Positions 19,904-47,155 of a stretch of DNA of 64,000 nucleotides are shown piece by piece (within the stretch, counting starts at the first letter, position 1; every line of letters begins with the position of its first letter). The notes beneath the pieces were generated by a model. That model saw nothing but the letters and a program-made list of their open reading frames with translations, searched no databases and was not told the DNA's origin. The position numbers and the translations under genes were made by a program. The DNA lies in contig OZ231126.1 in assembly GCA_965153355.1 (NCBI GenBank), positions 46,438,001 through 46,502,000 of the forward strand, given 5' to 3'. This DNA comes from Flaccisagitta enflata. Taxonomy: Eukaryota.

Positions 19904-20450
19904 CTTGAGCGTGATAGCATTTTTAACGTTTGTGACAGTTTTTCAAGAAATAAGCATCACATGGTGGCACCGACGGATGTGCCTATTATACAAAAACTCG
20001 TCCAAGCAGTTAGCAAGGAAAACAAACAGATAGTTACGAGTGTTTTAATTCCAACGATGGACAAACTATGTCATGGATTCGCAGAAAAATGGTGATTAAT
20101 CTCAAATCTGCTCTTTCCGCAATTTGCGTCCTTTTTTTATCTCTACGGCAAGCTCCCATCTTGTTTTCTTTTCTTTTTTTTCTTTTACCAATGTGATTAA
20201 AATTTGGAGTGATTTTTGGAAACATGATCGACAATTAAAGCGTAAACTGGTCAGGCCTCATTCAAAATGGCGCTTTGATTCCACACACGCAAACCGAAAT
20301 GAAGAAGAAATGATAAAAGATTAAGTATAATGCTACATTAAATAGCAAAGCAAATAAAAGTTAAAAACCTTCAGCTCAGTGAATGGCGCAAGGAAGGTGA
20401 AGCCAACATATCAATAGTTTCAGATTTCAATAAACATTGTCAAAGCTCAC

Positions 20451-20878
20451 CATGGTTATTCTGTTTGGGTACAATGGGTTCTACGGGCTTGACAGGCCGA
20501 TGGAGAAATTCGTCGCGGTATTCGCTGAGAAGACACGGACCTTGAGGGGACTTGGTCAGGACATTGCTATGAAGAGGGCAGTGATGACGACCGCAGTTAC
20601 AAATCTATGTCAGGATGAAAAGAGTAATAGTTGGCAATTCTTCCTGTATGGTTGGAGATTTTCCTATGTTCGATTGTCTCTCAACCTGTGTGGTGAAAAC
20701 ATGTTCCTGTTGGTCAGTTCTGTGTTTTTCTCTCGGTGTCTTAAAGACTAATAGACTTACATATGAACACAAACAGTCCTAATATCGATATCATAACTAA
20801 CAGACGCGCACACAAACAGTCAAACACTCACACAGAGTTGATTACCTGACAAACGCATCCTTTTTTAGGGGTGACCAT
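20451..20878 (-). CDS. SAXO: Stabilizer of axonemal microtubules (SAXO/FAM154 family), first two coding exons only
   Basis: Exon 20878-20846 (MVTPKKGCVCQ, donor gtaatc) spliced in phase 0 to 20604-20451 (ICNCGRHHCPLHSNVLTKSPQGPCLLSEYRDEFLHRPVKPVEPIVPKQNNH, donor gtgagc). CxCxxCxCGRHHCP...PCLLSEY is the SAXO N-terminal signature as I recall it from human SAXO1. Not present in the ORF track. Confidence 0.85.
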
Positions 20879-20948
20879 GATTATATCTTTTGGACGTGTA
20901 TATATCAAGCGCCCGCTGATATGAAAAACTTAACAAGAAAGGCAAGCC

Positions 20949-20962
20949 GTTGTCAAGGCTAC
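20949..20962 (-). promoter_or_regulatory. RFX X-box upstream of SAXO
   Basis: GTAGCCTTGACAAC on the minus strand, one mismatch to GTHNYY-AT-RRNAAC, ~70-85 bp upstream of the ATG of a ciliary gene. Confidence 0.65.
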
Positions 20963-21562
20963 GATTCCAATTCACGCATTTTGGTCGTTTTTTGCTTTTC
21001 TCCCTTTTACCAGCTTTTCGTCGTCTCCTACCTCGTATTCTTATCGAGATCGGTTTGAAGGTTTTATACACATCGGTGGTTTCAATGTTTTTTTCTTCTA
21101 TCCCCTGGGCCCTGGCTATACCAGAAATCGCCGATGGTGCTTTCTGATCGTTTCTTGTTATTTAAGGGGGCTTTTAACGATCTTTGATAAGGAAATGAGC
21201 ACTGGTCCTATATTGTTTTCCAATATCCATGCCCCTTCGATGCCTTTTGCGTGTCGTTAAGTTTAAGACCATTTGAGAATTGGGTTACCGCGCTGGATGG
21301 CGGCAGGGCGGTCAGCACAGGCAGGCAAATCATGGAATTAAGGCACGCGATCGGAACCAGAATCAGAATAATCGCAAAAGCGTTAGAAGGTCGGCGGTAC
21401 CCGAGCCCTGCCTAATTAGGTTGAGATCAAAGTGGAAGGACGGAGAGAACAGGGCAGCGGCCTCGAAGGGGCCAATAATCTTTGCTTCCACACATGAGGA
21501 AATTTCTCCCTCTCCTTCTAGCAGTGGAGATTTGAGCCTTTGGACTGGGTTTTGAGCCTTAC

Positions 21563-23376
21563 ACCCTGTCGTATCTTGATGAAAAGCGTCACCGGGGCTA
21601 ACTTTGGGGGGTCAAAAATCAAAATTGAGATTTTGGCGTTAATTTTTTTTTTTAATGGCCAGGTAAAACGTAAACTAAGACCAAACTAATGATTTTCAAC
21701 TTTTTTTCCGACTAACGTGGCGCTACGACCTCCACAATGTTGAAAATCAACTTTTTTGGGGGGTTGAAATTTCGACCTTTTTCGTCATGAATCGTTGTTA
21801 CAAAATCGGTCGCTGTGGCTTTAAAAATTGCATTTTGGACATGCGGATTTTTTTGCTGGCTCGGTTTTGAGCAGCTCCACTGGTATCTGAAAAAAAATCC
21901 CATATAGTCTAGTATCCTAGTCGCGATAAACAAAAAAGTACACTTTTTCATCTTTTTTAACATAGAATACGCGCAAAAATGGACCTGAAACTTATATTAC
22001 CCCAGAAAACCCCATGAATTTTTTTTCACGATTTGAAAGCCCTATAAGGGTAGTTTCCAGGACCAGTGTCAAAATACCCGGACTCTGGCGGGCTTTCAGA
22101 CATTTTTGACCAAATTTGCCAGAATATCAAAAATGACAAAAATGACAAAAATCAAATTTGAATATCTACAACCAAAATTTAGATGACTCCATAAATTTTT
22201 AGGAGAAATACTACCTTAATATGGTGTTTCCAAAACCAACAGTTGAATTTTTTTTTTAATATGCATACCAGCCCAACTGACCTATCACTTAAAAATTGAA
22301 AAAACATTTTTTGGCTGTTTTGCTCTATTGTCTCAAATTTTGCATGAGGGTTGTCACTGACCCTAGAGACTATTTGCATACGCTATAGCCGATCGAATCG
22401 ATGATACTCGCCCAAATACTATACGCAAAAAAAACCATGATTTTGGGTGAAATTATCCAAAATTTTTGGAAAAGTCAAAAATGGCCAATTATCAGTTCAG
22501 TTATTTCCATATTGTAAACAAAACAAAAAAAAAAAAAAATTCATCTCAAATTTTTTTGTTTATCGCACTTTTTAGGTAAAAAAAGCTTATTTTTAGCATT
22601 TTTTTGGTTAATAATTGTTTATGTAGCTTCAAAAATCCCCATGAATCCTGGAAATTTGTGGCAATAGTCTGAATATACACATTTCTACCTGTAACAACAA
22701 GTTTTTTTACACATTTATCAGATAAGAGCTTAAAAATAGGCTAAAAATAGCAAAATATTGCTTTTTCAGCGTTTTTAAGTTTTTTCATGTTATTGAAGCA
22801 TAAAAACTCAAAAAAATTCTAGAAATGTATAGTATTAGTCAAGTATAAATACTTATGCCCTGAATAACCAGTTATTCATGATAGTTTTGGGTTTATAGCC
22901 CAAAAATAGCTTAAAAATAACAAAATTATGGCTTTTTTTAGCATTTTTGAGCAAAAAACTGTTTATGCAGCTGTATTTATCCAGAAAAATCCTTGTAATG
23001 TGTAGTCATAGTTTGAGTAAAGATTTTTTTACCCAGAACAACCAGTTGTCGGGGATTTTTTAAAGTTTAAAGATCAAAATTGCAGAAGAAAACCATATTT
23101 TATCATTTTTAAGCTATTTTTAAGCTCTAATTTGTATGTTATCTCAAAAAAACATGTTGTGAAGGGTTAAAATGTGTATATCCAAACTATTGCCTCACAT
23201 TCTCAGTATTCATTAGAAGTTTCAAAGCTGAAAAAAAAATTTTATGCTTAAAAAATGTTAAAAATACCTTTTTTCTACCAAAAGAGTTACATAAATGAAA
23301 AAATTTAAGATAATTTTTTTTGTTTTTTTTGTTTTTTTAGTATCCCACATGTTCCTGATGACAAATGACACAGTGG
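21563..23376. mobile_element. Probable AT-rich non-autonomous DNA transposon remnant
   Basis: Abrupt compositional shift, phased A/T tracts and diverged internal repeats; no convincing TIR/TSD pair found, limits approximate. Confidence 0.3.
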
Positions 23377-23915
23377 CAAAAATGGTCTTTTCATACCTCT
23401 TGGGGCGTATCCAGAGAGGTGTGATAATCCATACAATTAATTTTCATTTTTGGAAAAACTAGTCATGTAGCTAGTGTTACAATATCGTCGCGGATGAATG
23501 GGTAAGGACTTTCAAATTTCCCCCTCATCACCTCTTCAACAATTGTTTTTCCACTTTCAAACTCTTACTCACAAACCAACAGGTGACTGACTAACGGATG
23601 AACCAACGGACGGACAAAGCCTCTTATAGATTCGCGAATCCGCGACTAGAAACATGCAAGTTTGAAAATAGAATGGAATGGATCAGGTAGTAGGTGAATG
23701 AGATGATTTTGATTTAACGGACAGACAATAGTAAGGACTGGAGCATGGACAGATCTTCTCTCATAAAAATATTCAGGGACATATTTGAAAGTCGGAGGAG
23801 ATTGAGTCTTTTGTTTTCTGGCACATCAACGTGTTGGTTTTACGCATCTCACGAGTTCGACAACCGTCACCAAGAAGGGGTAATAAAATCCACTAAATCA
23901 GGTTTTCCTTAGAGC

Positions 23916-25425
23916 CTGTTTCTATAATCTCTTTTTTGCAAGATGGCGAAAAAGGTCAATTTCAAAATTGAGAAAATTTGACAAAATCATTCATAATCAG
24001 ATAGCTTATGTCAGCATAAACATGGTTAAAAAACTCAATTTTGTTACTGATCCTCGATTTTCATGTAAATTAGGCTGAAATGCAACAAATGATGATCGGA
24101 AATAAGCAAAAATTGAGTTGTTATAGTCAGCAAAACCCAAAAAATGTGAATATTTTACTAAATCACAGTTCAAGCATTCACTCAGACGTGATTCTGCTGA
24201 AAAAAAAAAATAGGATTTCAATTTTTTTGAAAATTCTCTATAAGCTGCTTTTTTGGCTGGTTGGGCCAGTTGGGAAAAATTTACTGAATCTTCTTGCAAC
24301 GATCAATTAAAGAGGACAATCTCTGAAAGAACCACTGTGCAAAATTTCAGCCAAATCGTACAAATATTTCAGAACTTATGCCATTTTTAAAATTTTTGGG
24401 TGGTAGGCTGGTTGGGCTGGTTGGGTAAGTTAGATGTGTCCGAGATGCACCAAAAGCTCTGATCGTAATTGTTTCAGTACAACATTGATCCATGCAAAAA
24501 ATCTTCAGTCTTTCTATAAGGGTTTCAAAGATATGGGCATTTCATGATTTTTTTTAATTACCATTTTGTTAGGATTGCATACATGCGCCGATAACAAAGA
24601 ATTAACTACAAAGACTCATCTTGAAGCGTGATTATTCTGCAACAATTTACCAACCAATCACATTCAAAATTTCATTGTGGCTGAATGCCCGGGAGTTAAG
24701 ACCTGAAATTTTCAGTGTAGATGCAAAATTTCATGCTCTTTCTCATAGTGTCATCCAAATTTTCATCAGCAGTTTCACAATGGCGTGACAATGACCGACT
24801 TAGTGCGTGACATGAGCATGACAGAAGAGCTGGGGGGGTGTGCGGAATAATCACGCTTGAAGAAAAGAAAAGTGTTATTACGCGGGCTTGGATAGTCACA
24901 GTGACATGAAATTTGGAGCATATGTCCGTCAAGTAGTCCTCTATTAGATAGAAACCTGAGAAGTAATTAACTTTAAGAATTAATAGTGTTTTTAAAAAAT
25001 ATAATCGGCATACTCAGGTTTTGCTGTGAAATAGAGAAAAAATTAGGAGGATCAATTTTTGATGATAATACAATATTTGAGCAACTTAGCATTTGCGCAG
25101 TTGGATGAAATTTTTTGCACATCACATCGGATTGATGATAACTGATTAAAAGCTGAGAAATGATCAGATAATCTATATTTTTATAGGTTTTGCTTGTTAT
25201 TTGCTTGCCCGGACAAAATCCGGACATGTCGATGTGGCCATTTTGACCTTATTTTTAGGCCCCCTAGGGGTAGGGGTGGTCACAAAAAATGGTTTGGCAA
25301 GGTAATCCAGGTAGTTAGGCAGGTCATCAAACTATAAAAACTTGTCATTATGCAATACACATAGCAGTAACACTGTTAACGTGGTGGTAAGTCAGGTTCT
25401 TGCGTCAAAAAGAGATTGTGACATT
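23916..25425 (+). mobile_element. ~1.5 kb non-autonomous DNA transposon, copy 1
   Basis: Colinear diverged copy at 49996-51479; imperfect TIR core aatctctttttg / caaaaagagattg; no transposase ORF. Confidence 0.75.
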
Positions 25426-25497
25426 AGCCTAGAATCAAATACATCCGCCCCTTTTCGCTGAAAGATCACTTTCATTATCTATTTGCTCACTAACAAG

Positions 25498-33195
<7,698 letters not shown>

Positions 33196-33436
33196 AGATT
33201 GGAAACGACGTTCCAAAGAGTTGCGATGCGTCCCGTAGCTGGTCCCGAGTTCCGACTTCTCTCCAAGCTGCGACGAATGAGGGCGATGAGGAATGATGAT
33301 GCTGATGAGAAATGATGATGATGACGGCGATGATGAGTCACTTAGTTTCGCGATGAAAAAGATGGATGAAGCGACGAGTGGTTTTTGAATGTCAAAAGTT
33401 TTCACCAGTGACCGTGAACGCACATTTCCGGCACTC

Positions 33437-34213
33437 TCAAGGCTTCGCCTTATTCTGGACGGGGAGATAAAGTTTGAATTCTGCCGGAAGTTCGTCTTCG
33501 GAGTAAAGACGATCGGAGAAGTAGACGCGACGAATCCGACAATTGGCGTGGATCTGTGAAAGAGTGAAGGGGGGGGGAAGAGGAGGAAAGGTAATTCAGT
33601 TGCTTGGTATGTAAAATATATTAAGTAGTTGGTAACCGCGCGATGAAAGGTACAGAAAAACCCGTCAAAAGAGGTGTGGAGGGACCAAAATTATAGCACG
33701 TCTCCCTACAACCCACATCAAATATTCCATTCTTTTACTCAAAATAGCTGATTATACCTTGGGTGAATAAAAAATTTCCTTATGGCGATTTTTGTAATTC
33801 CACCAAGGACGTTTCCAAATCTTTATTTTTTTGCAATTTTGAGGGATTTTTAGATACACTCTTTTGTTTGACTAAAAACCTTGTTTATGAGAACATTGAG
33901 GCTCAGATGTGGAAAAAAGTAAGAACAATCATAAGAACATTGTCAGCCTCAAAAAGGGAAAATATAAGAACATTCATTCTTTATCTGCTCTAGGAAATGC
34001 AATAATCAAAAAGAATTGCAGAAGGGAGACAGCTTAATTGTTATACATAGATGACTTCAATCACTTTTACATCATAATTTGATTTGTTCATGATTACTAT
34101 TTTGATTCTCATATCTTAAATTGACAATCATGGTTAAGTAACCAGATAAAAGAACATTTTTGTACCAATAGCGGTGGCTAATCGCCGTAGGAAAAAAATC
34201 ATAAATGCGTAAA

Positions 34214-34295
<82 letters not shown>

Positions 34296-37200
34296 TAGAC
34301 TTAGACTCAAAAATCTTGAAAGAGTATGGGTCCGCGACTGGGGTCGAACGGCGTTGTCGAACGGCGTTGTCGAACGGCGTTGTCGAACGGCGTTGTCGAA
34401 CGGCGTTGTCGAACGGCGTTGTCGAACGGCGTTGTCAAACGGCGTTGTCAAACGGCGTTGTCAAACGGCGTTGTCAAACGGCGTTGTCAAACGGCGTTGT
34501 CAAACGGCGTTGTCAAACGGCGTTGTCAAACGGCGTTGTCAAACGGCGTTGTCAAACGGCGTTGTCAAACGGCGTTGTCAAACGGCGTTGTCAAACGGCG
34601 TTGTCAAACGGGTTGTCAAACGGCGTTGTCAAACGGCGTTGTCAAACGGCGTTGTCAAACGGCGTTGTCAAACGGCGTTGTCAGCGGCGTTGTCAACGGC
34701 GTTGTCAAACGGCGTTGTCAAACGGCGTTGTCAAACGGCGTTAATCAAACGGCGTTGTCAAACGCGTTGTCAAACGGCGTTGTCACACGGCGTTCCCAAA
34801 CGGCGTTGTCAAACGGCGTTGTCAAACGGCGTTGTCAAACGGCGTTGTCAAACGGCGTTGTCAAACGGCGTTGTCAAACGGCGTTGTCAAACGGCGTTGT
34901 CAAACGGCGTTGTCAAACGGCGTTGTCAAACGGCGTTGTCAAACGGCGTTGTCAAACGGCGTTGTCAAGCGGCGTTGTCAAACGGCGTTGTCAAGCGGCG
35001 TTGTCATGCGGCGTTGTCAAACGGCGTTGTCAAACGGCGTTGTCAAACGGCGTTGTCAAACGGCGTTGTCAAACGGCGTTGTCAAACGGCGTTGTCAAAC
35101 GGCGTTGTCAAACGGCGTTGTCAAACGGCGTTGTCAAACGGCGTTGTCAAACGGCGTTGTCAAACGGCGTTGTCAAACGGCGTTGTCAAACGGCGTTGTC
35201 AAACGGCGTTGTCAAACGGCGTTGTCAAACGGCGTTGTCAAACGGCGTTGTCAAACGGCGTTGTCGAACAGCGTTGTCAAACGGCGTTGTCGAACAGCGT
35301 TGTCGAACGGCATTGTGAAATGGTGTTGTCGAAGTGTTGTCAAACGCCGTTGTCAAATACCGTTGTCAAATGGTCTTGTCAAATAGCGGTCAAATAAGGG
35401 TTGAGAGAAAAGCTGCTTTGTTCATATACATAGGTTGAGCCATTTAATTTTGAGTCTACATACCAAATTTTAACCAAATCGATTGAGAATTGTTCAAGTT
35501 ATGCACATTTTTCACTTTTAAGGTGGTAGGCTGGTAGGCTGGTTGGGTGGTAGGCTGGTTAGCATGCTAAAATCTTTACAAATCAAATACATAAGTTGAG
35601 TCCTTCCATTTAGAGAAAACATACCAAGTTTACACCTAATCAGTTGAAAAACGCCAAAGTTATGAACTTTTTTCACTTTAAGGCTGGTAGGCTAGTTGGG
35701 TGGTAGGCCGGTTTGGCCTGTTAGCATGCTAAAATCTTCACGATTCAAATACTTATATTGAGTCCTATTCAGAGACTACATACCAAGTTTCAACCAAATC
35801 GGTTGAAAAATCCAGAAGTTATGCACATTTTTCACTATTCGGCTGGTAGGCTGGTTGGGTGGTAGGCCGGTTTGGCCGGTTAGCATGCTAAAATCTTTAC
35901 AATTCAAATACATATGTTGAGTCCTTCCATTTAAAGACTACATACCAAATTTTAACCAAATCGGTTGAAAAATGCAGAAGTTATGCACGTTTCTCACTTT
36001 TTGGCTGGTAGGCTGGTTGGGTGGTAGGCCGGTTTGGCCGGTTAGCATGCTAAAATCTTTACAATTCAAATACATATGTTGAGTCCTTCCATTTAGAGAC
36101 TACATACCAAGTTTCAACCAAATCAGTTGAAAAATGCAGAAGTTATGCACGTTTTTCACTTTTTGGCTGGTAGGCTGGTTGGGTGGTAGGCCGGTTTGGC
36201 CGGTTAGCATGCTAAAATCTTTACAATTCAAATACATATGTTGAGTCCTTCCATTTAGAGACTACATACCAAGTTTCAACCAAATCGGTTGAAAAATGCC
36301 AAAGTTATGCACATTTTTCACTTTTAGGCTGGTAGGCTGGTTGGGCCGGTTGGGTGGGTCGGATCATAACATACGCATAGGCCGCAAAGCGGCTTACCCT
36401 AGTACAACTTCCCTCCAAATATGAAGCAAATCGGTCAAGGCGTTCAAAAGTTAGCCCATTTTTAAAAGTGTGGACGACAACAACAACAACGACGACGACG
36501 ACGACACCCACCCGCCTCGAATTATAGTCCGCGTCCGCGGACAAAAATTTTCATAGGTCAGTCAGTAGCTCAATCTTTTGCATGGACCTGCTCAATGCTT
36601 TCAATATTGCAAGTTTCAAATTTCAAGGTTCTGGCTCAAATACTTGAGATGTTATGAACATTTGTTTGAACCATATCAAGCTGAAACAATTCCAGGAGAA
36701 TCTTTAAACTTTCTTTTAAAATATGGCCGACACAAAAATTTTCTAAGTTTTTTGTAAAAAAGTGAAATTACAAGATTTTGGATCTAGGCGAATCAAGCAA
36801 TTTCCTATCAATTGCACCCCACTTTTTTTTCAAAATAATATCTTCATTAATGGCTTTTTTGGGGGCCCCTAGGGGCCCCTAAGAAGTTCAAAATTTTGGT
36901 CAATGAGATGAACAGAGTTATGTGCATACGCCAAGGTATCTTTCAGGACCAAATTAGTTCAGGACCAGATTAGTTCAAGCTAGAGCCCATGCCTTTACTA
37001 CCCTCTTAGAAATAAGAACACTGAGCCTCAGAAAAAAAAAACATGTTGTTATAAAAAGAAATGAGTGTAGCCCTAATTTTAGCATAAAACGGTCCATTAC
37101 AGCGATTTAAGGAGGAGTCTCAAACAAAACCTGAATTAAAGAATTAGTCTTCACCCATGTGCTAAACCACCACTCAAAATGAACGAATAGATATATTGAT

Positions 37201-38768
37201 GTAGGCTGGGGGGGGGGGGGGCTAAAACTTTTGGTCCCTCCACTCTTCTTACATTCCATACATAATTGACGGGTAAGTTGGGGTAACACTTGAAGAAATC
37301 ATCCTGTCTATGACTAGTCGTCATGTCTGTCCGTTAAAGAGTAGGCCAATGTAATTATATCTATCATTTCATTAAATGAGCAACAATCATTCAAACAAGT
37401 TCTTGATCAATCACCTGTTCATTCATTGGTAACTTCTTTCATACATTTATCAATTAATTCATTGATCATTCCTTATTTCTGTTCATTTCCTCAGAGAATC
37501 TATTTCGGCTTTCATTTGGTCTTGTTGCATTACCAGGGTGGCACAGGCGAACTTCAAGCAATTACACATCCAACAAATTATATTTTGCAAGATTTTGGTG
37601 GGTCACGTGCAACTCATGATCAGAGTCGGAGGATTTGACGATACCTGAACTCTGAGCGTTTCGATGTAGTTGGTTCCGTAGGCCCTCCTCGTGAAATCGG
37701 AGAGGTTGAATTGAATTTGATTCCAGCCATCGTCGAGTCTCATCGGCATCGTGCATATGAAGGGCTTCACCCGCGTCGTCGATTGGTAATTGCTCGCTCG
37801 GAACCGACGCCTCACGTTCTTGTCGTCTAATACCTACAAGATCAATAAGCGAGAGTGGGGGATTACAAGAGAGGGTGAAGCGGGGACGTAAGGAGGGAAG
37901 AACGAGAGATGCAGAAATGAGGAGAGAGGAGAGATGACGAAGAAGAAAGAGCGAGAGAAAAACAAGAAGAGGGGAGGAAAGGGGAGGATGGGGGGGGGGG
38001 GGGGGAAGAGGTGATGAGGAGAGAAAACAAAAAAAAAGAATAGGTGTGAATTGGTGCTCGTCATTGTGACCTACAAGGGAAACTCTTGTGAACGCACTTG
38101 TATCGGTAAGCAGTCTTTATAAAATCAGGGCACATACCTGGACTTCGAAGGTGAAATATTTCTTAAGATTTTTGATGATCATGACGAGGAAAGGCAGCTT
38201 GATACCCAACGTCTTCTTTGGATCCGCCGGACACGTGATGTAAGTCGTGCTGTGGAAAGTCAATGGGGAGTTCATTATCATTGATGGGCAATGATGCAGC
38301 AGTGATTCATTATGTTTTTATTCATCCGTTTATTGAATCACAGTCAAGGTGGAAGTCTCGATCAATAATTTGACATAAATCTTTTTTTAAAATATTGTAT
38401 TCTTGCCAAGCCAAGACAATTTTGTAAGTGCTCACCTGACGTTGGTTCCAACAATCTCAAGAACGAGGGACTGGATGTCGTTGTCGGTGATACGTTTTAT
38501 GTGACCATTGCGCACCTAAACGGAACGAAAAGACATAAAATCGCAGAATAATGCCACGAAAAAAAAATAATGAGAATATAAATCACTGATCGCGTCTGAG
38601 CGTAATCGAAATTTGCGAGTGAAAGGAAAACACGAGATCACGCGACAAACAACGCTCGCCATCGCAATAACGGCATTCTATTACCTTTTTGTCCCATATT
38701 TGCAGAGGTTTACTGCCGATGCTGTAGAGGATGGATAAAAATCCACTTTGAAACGTGTTTTTGAACAT
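33437..38768 (-). CDS. CFAP20: Cilia- and flagella-associated protein 20 (BUG22/C16orf80), complete, 193 aa
   Basis: Five GT-AG exons: 38768-38685 ([28 protein letters not shown]), 38515-38436, 38249-38138, 37833-37645 ([44 protein letters not shown]...), 33553-33437 ([31 protein letters not shown]). Phases agree and the sequence is the highly conserved CFAP20. Confidence 0.98.
34344..35390. repeat. 13-bp minisatellite (GGCGTTGTCAAAC)n, about 80 units
   Basis: Homogeneous centre, GTCGAAC variants at the left edge, degenerate right edge. Confidence 0.96.
35440..36360. repeat. 162-bp tandem repeat, about 6 units
   Basis: ccaaatc(g/a)gttgaaaaatgc recurs at 35956, 36118, 36280. Confidence 0.9.
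36543..37003 (+). mobile_element. Dispersed ~480-bp repeat, interrupted copy (5' stub at 34296-34313)
   Basis: Uninterrupted copy at about 57116-57600 begins tagacttagactcgaaaattttcctaggtcag. Confidence 0.75.
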
Positions 38769-39434
38769 TTTTAAAGTCTTTGTTGGATTTAAGATTGCAA
38801 AGTTTGTGACCAAAATGAAGGCCGTTGGAACGAGGAGGTTCCTTGCCGACCGCGCCGAGTGTTAGTCCAAATTACATATGTTTCTAGGAATAGACGGTTT
38901 CTGTATTCTCGAGGACCTCGTCGCTAAGGGACTTTTACTCTCTAGTATCGCTCCGCATGATATCTTTTTACGAACCTATTTTCTACGATGTTAACAACGA
39001 AAACGTTATCGATTCACGTAGTATCTGCGAGAAGAGGTGAAATCAATGAGTATTCGATATATAGTCATGAGGAACGATTATATATCAATTAAGGATCTAC
39101 TTTGTTCGCGGAGGAATACAGTCGAATTCTTGGTTCTCAATACGACAAATTGAACCTCGCCTTGCCATCCTCTCTGAGCAGCTCGGTTGCCATGGTAGGG
39201 GCTTTCAAGCCAAGCCGCCAAAAACCAACCAAGTGGAACCGGAAGAGGGAGTCGCCATGACGTCATCAGTGCCCATGGATGACATGTACGTGATGTCCAG
39301 AATCTCAAATTGAATGGGAACCAGTGATATTGTAAAATGCTTCACAGATATGGCACTTTACATTAATGACTAACTATTTCTACTCGCCAATAACAAAAGA
39401 AACTAAGATTTATCTAAGAGCTCATGGCACAAAA
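38769..39434. promoter_or_regulatory. Candidate bidirectional promoter between CFAP20 and the Domeless-like gene
   Basis: 666 repeat-free bp between divergent ATGs; X-box-like GTCGCTAAGGGAC (38920-38932) and GTTGCCATGGTAG (39186-39198), CRE TGACGTCA (39258-39265), ETS-like CCGGAAG (39239-39245), STAT-like TTCTAGGAA (38882-38890). Confidence 0.55.

Positions 39435-47155
<7,721 letters not shown>

Larger units (their letters stand above)
34314..36542 (+). mobile_element. HINE/Helentron-like non-autonomous element carrying tandem arrays, in CFAP20 intron 4
   Basis: AAAAA on both flanks; 5' subterminal gtccgcg; 3' hairpin gtccgcg-tc-cgcggac (36527-36542); (GAC/AAC)n tract before the 3' end; splits another repeat. 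Confidence 0.65.

Noticed and set aside
20437-20751. 104-aa plus-strand ORF
   Set aside because: Antisense shadow of SAXO exon 2.
23370-23376. Canonical CACAGTG heptamers (also 51481, 51634)
   Set aside because: No nonamer at 12 or 23 spacing and no matching TIR/TSD.
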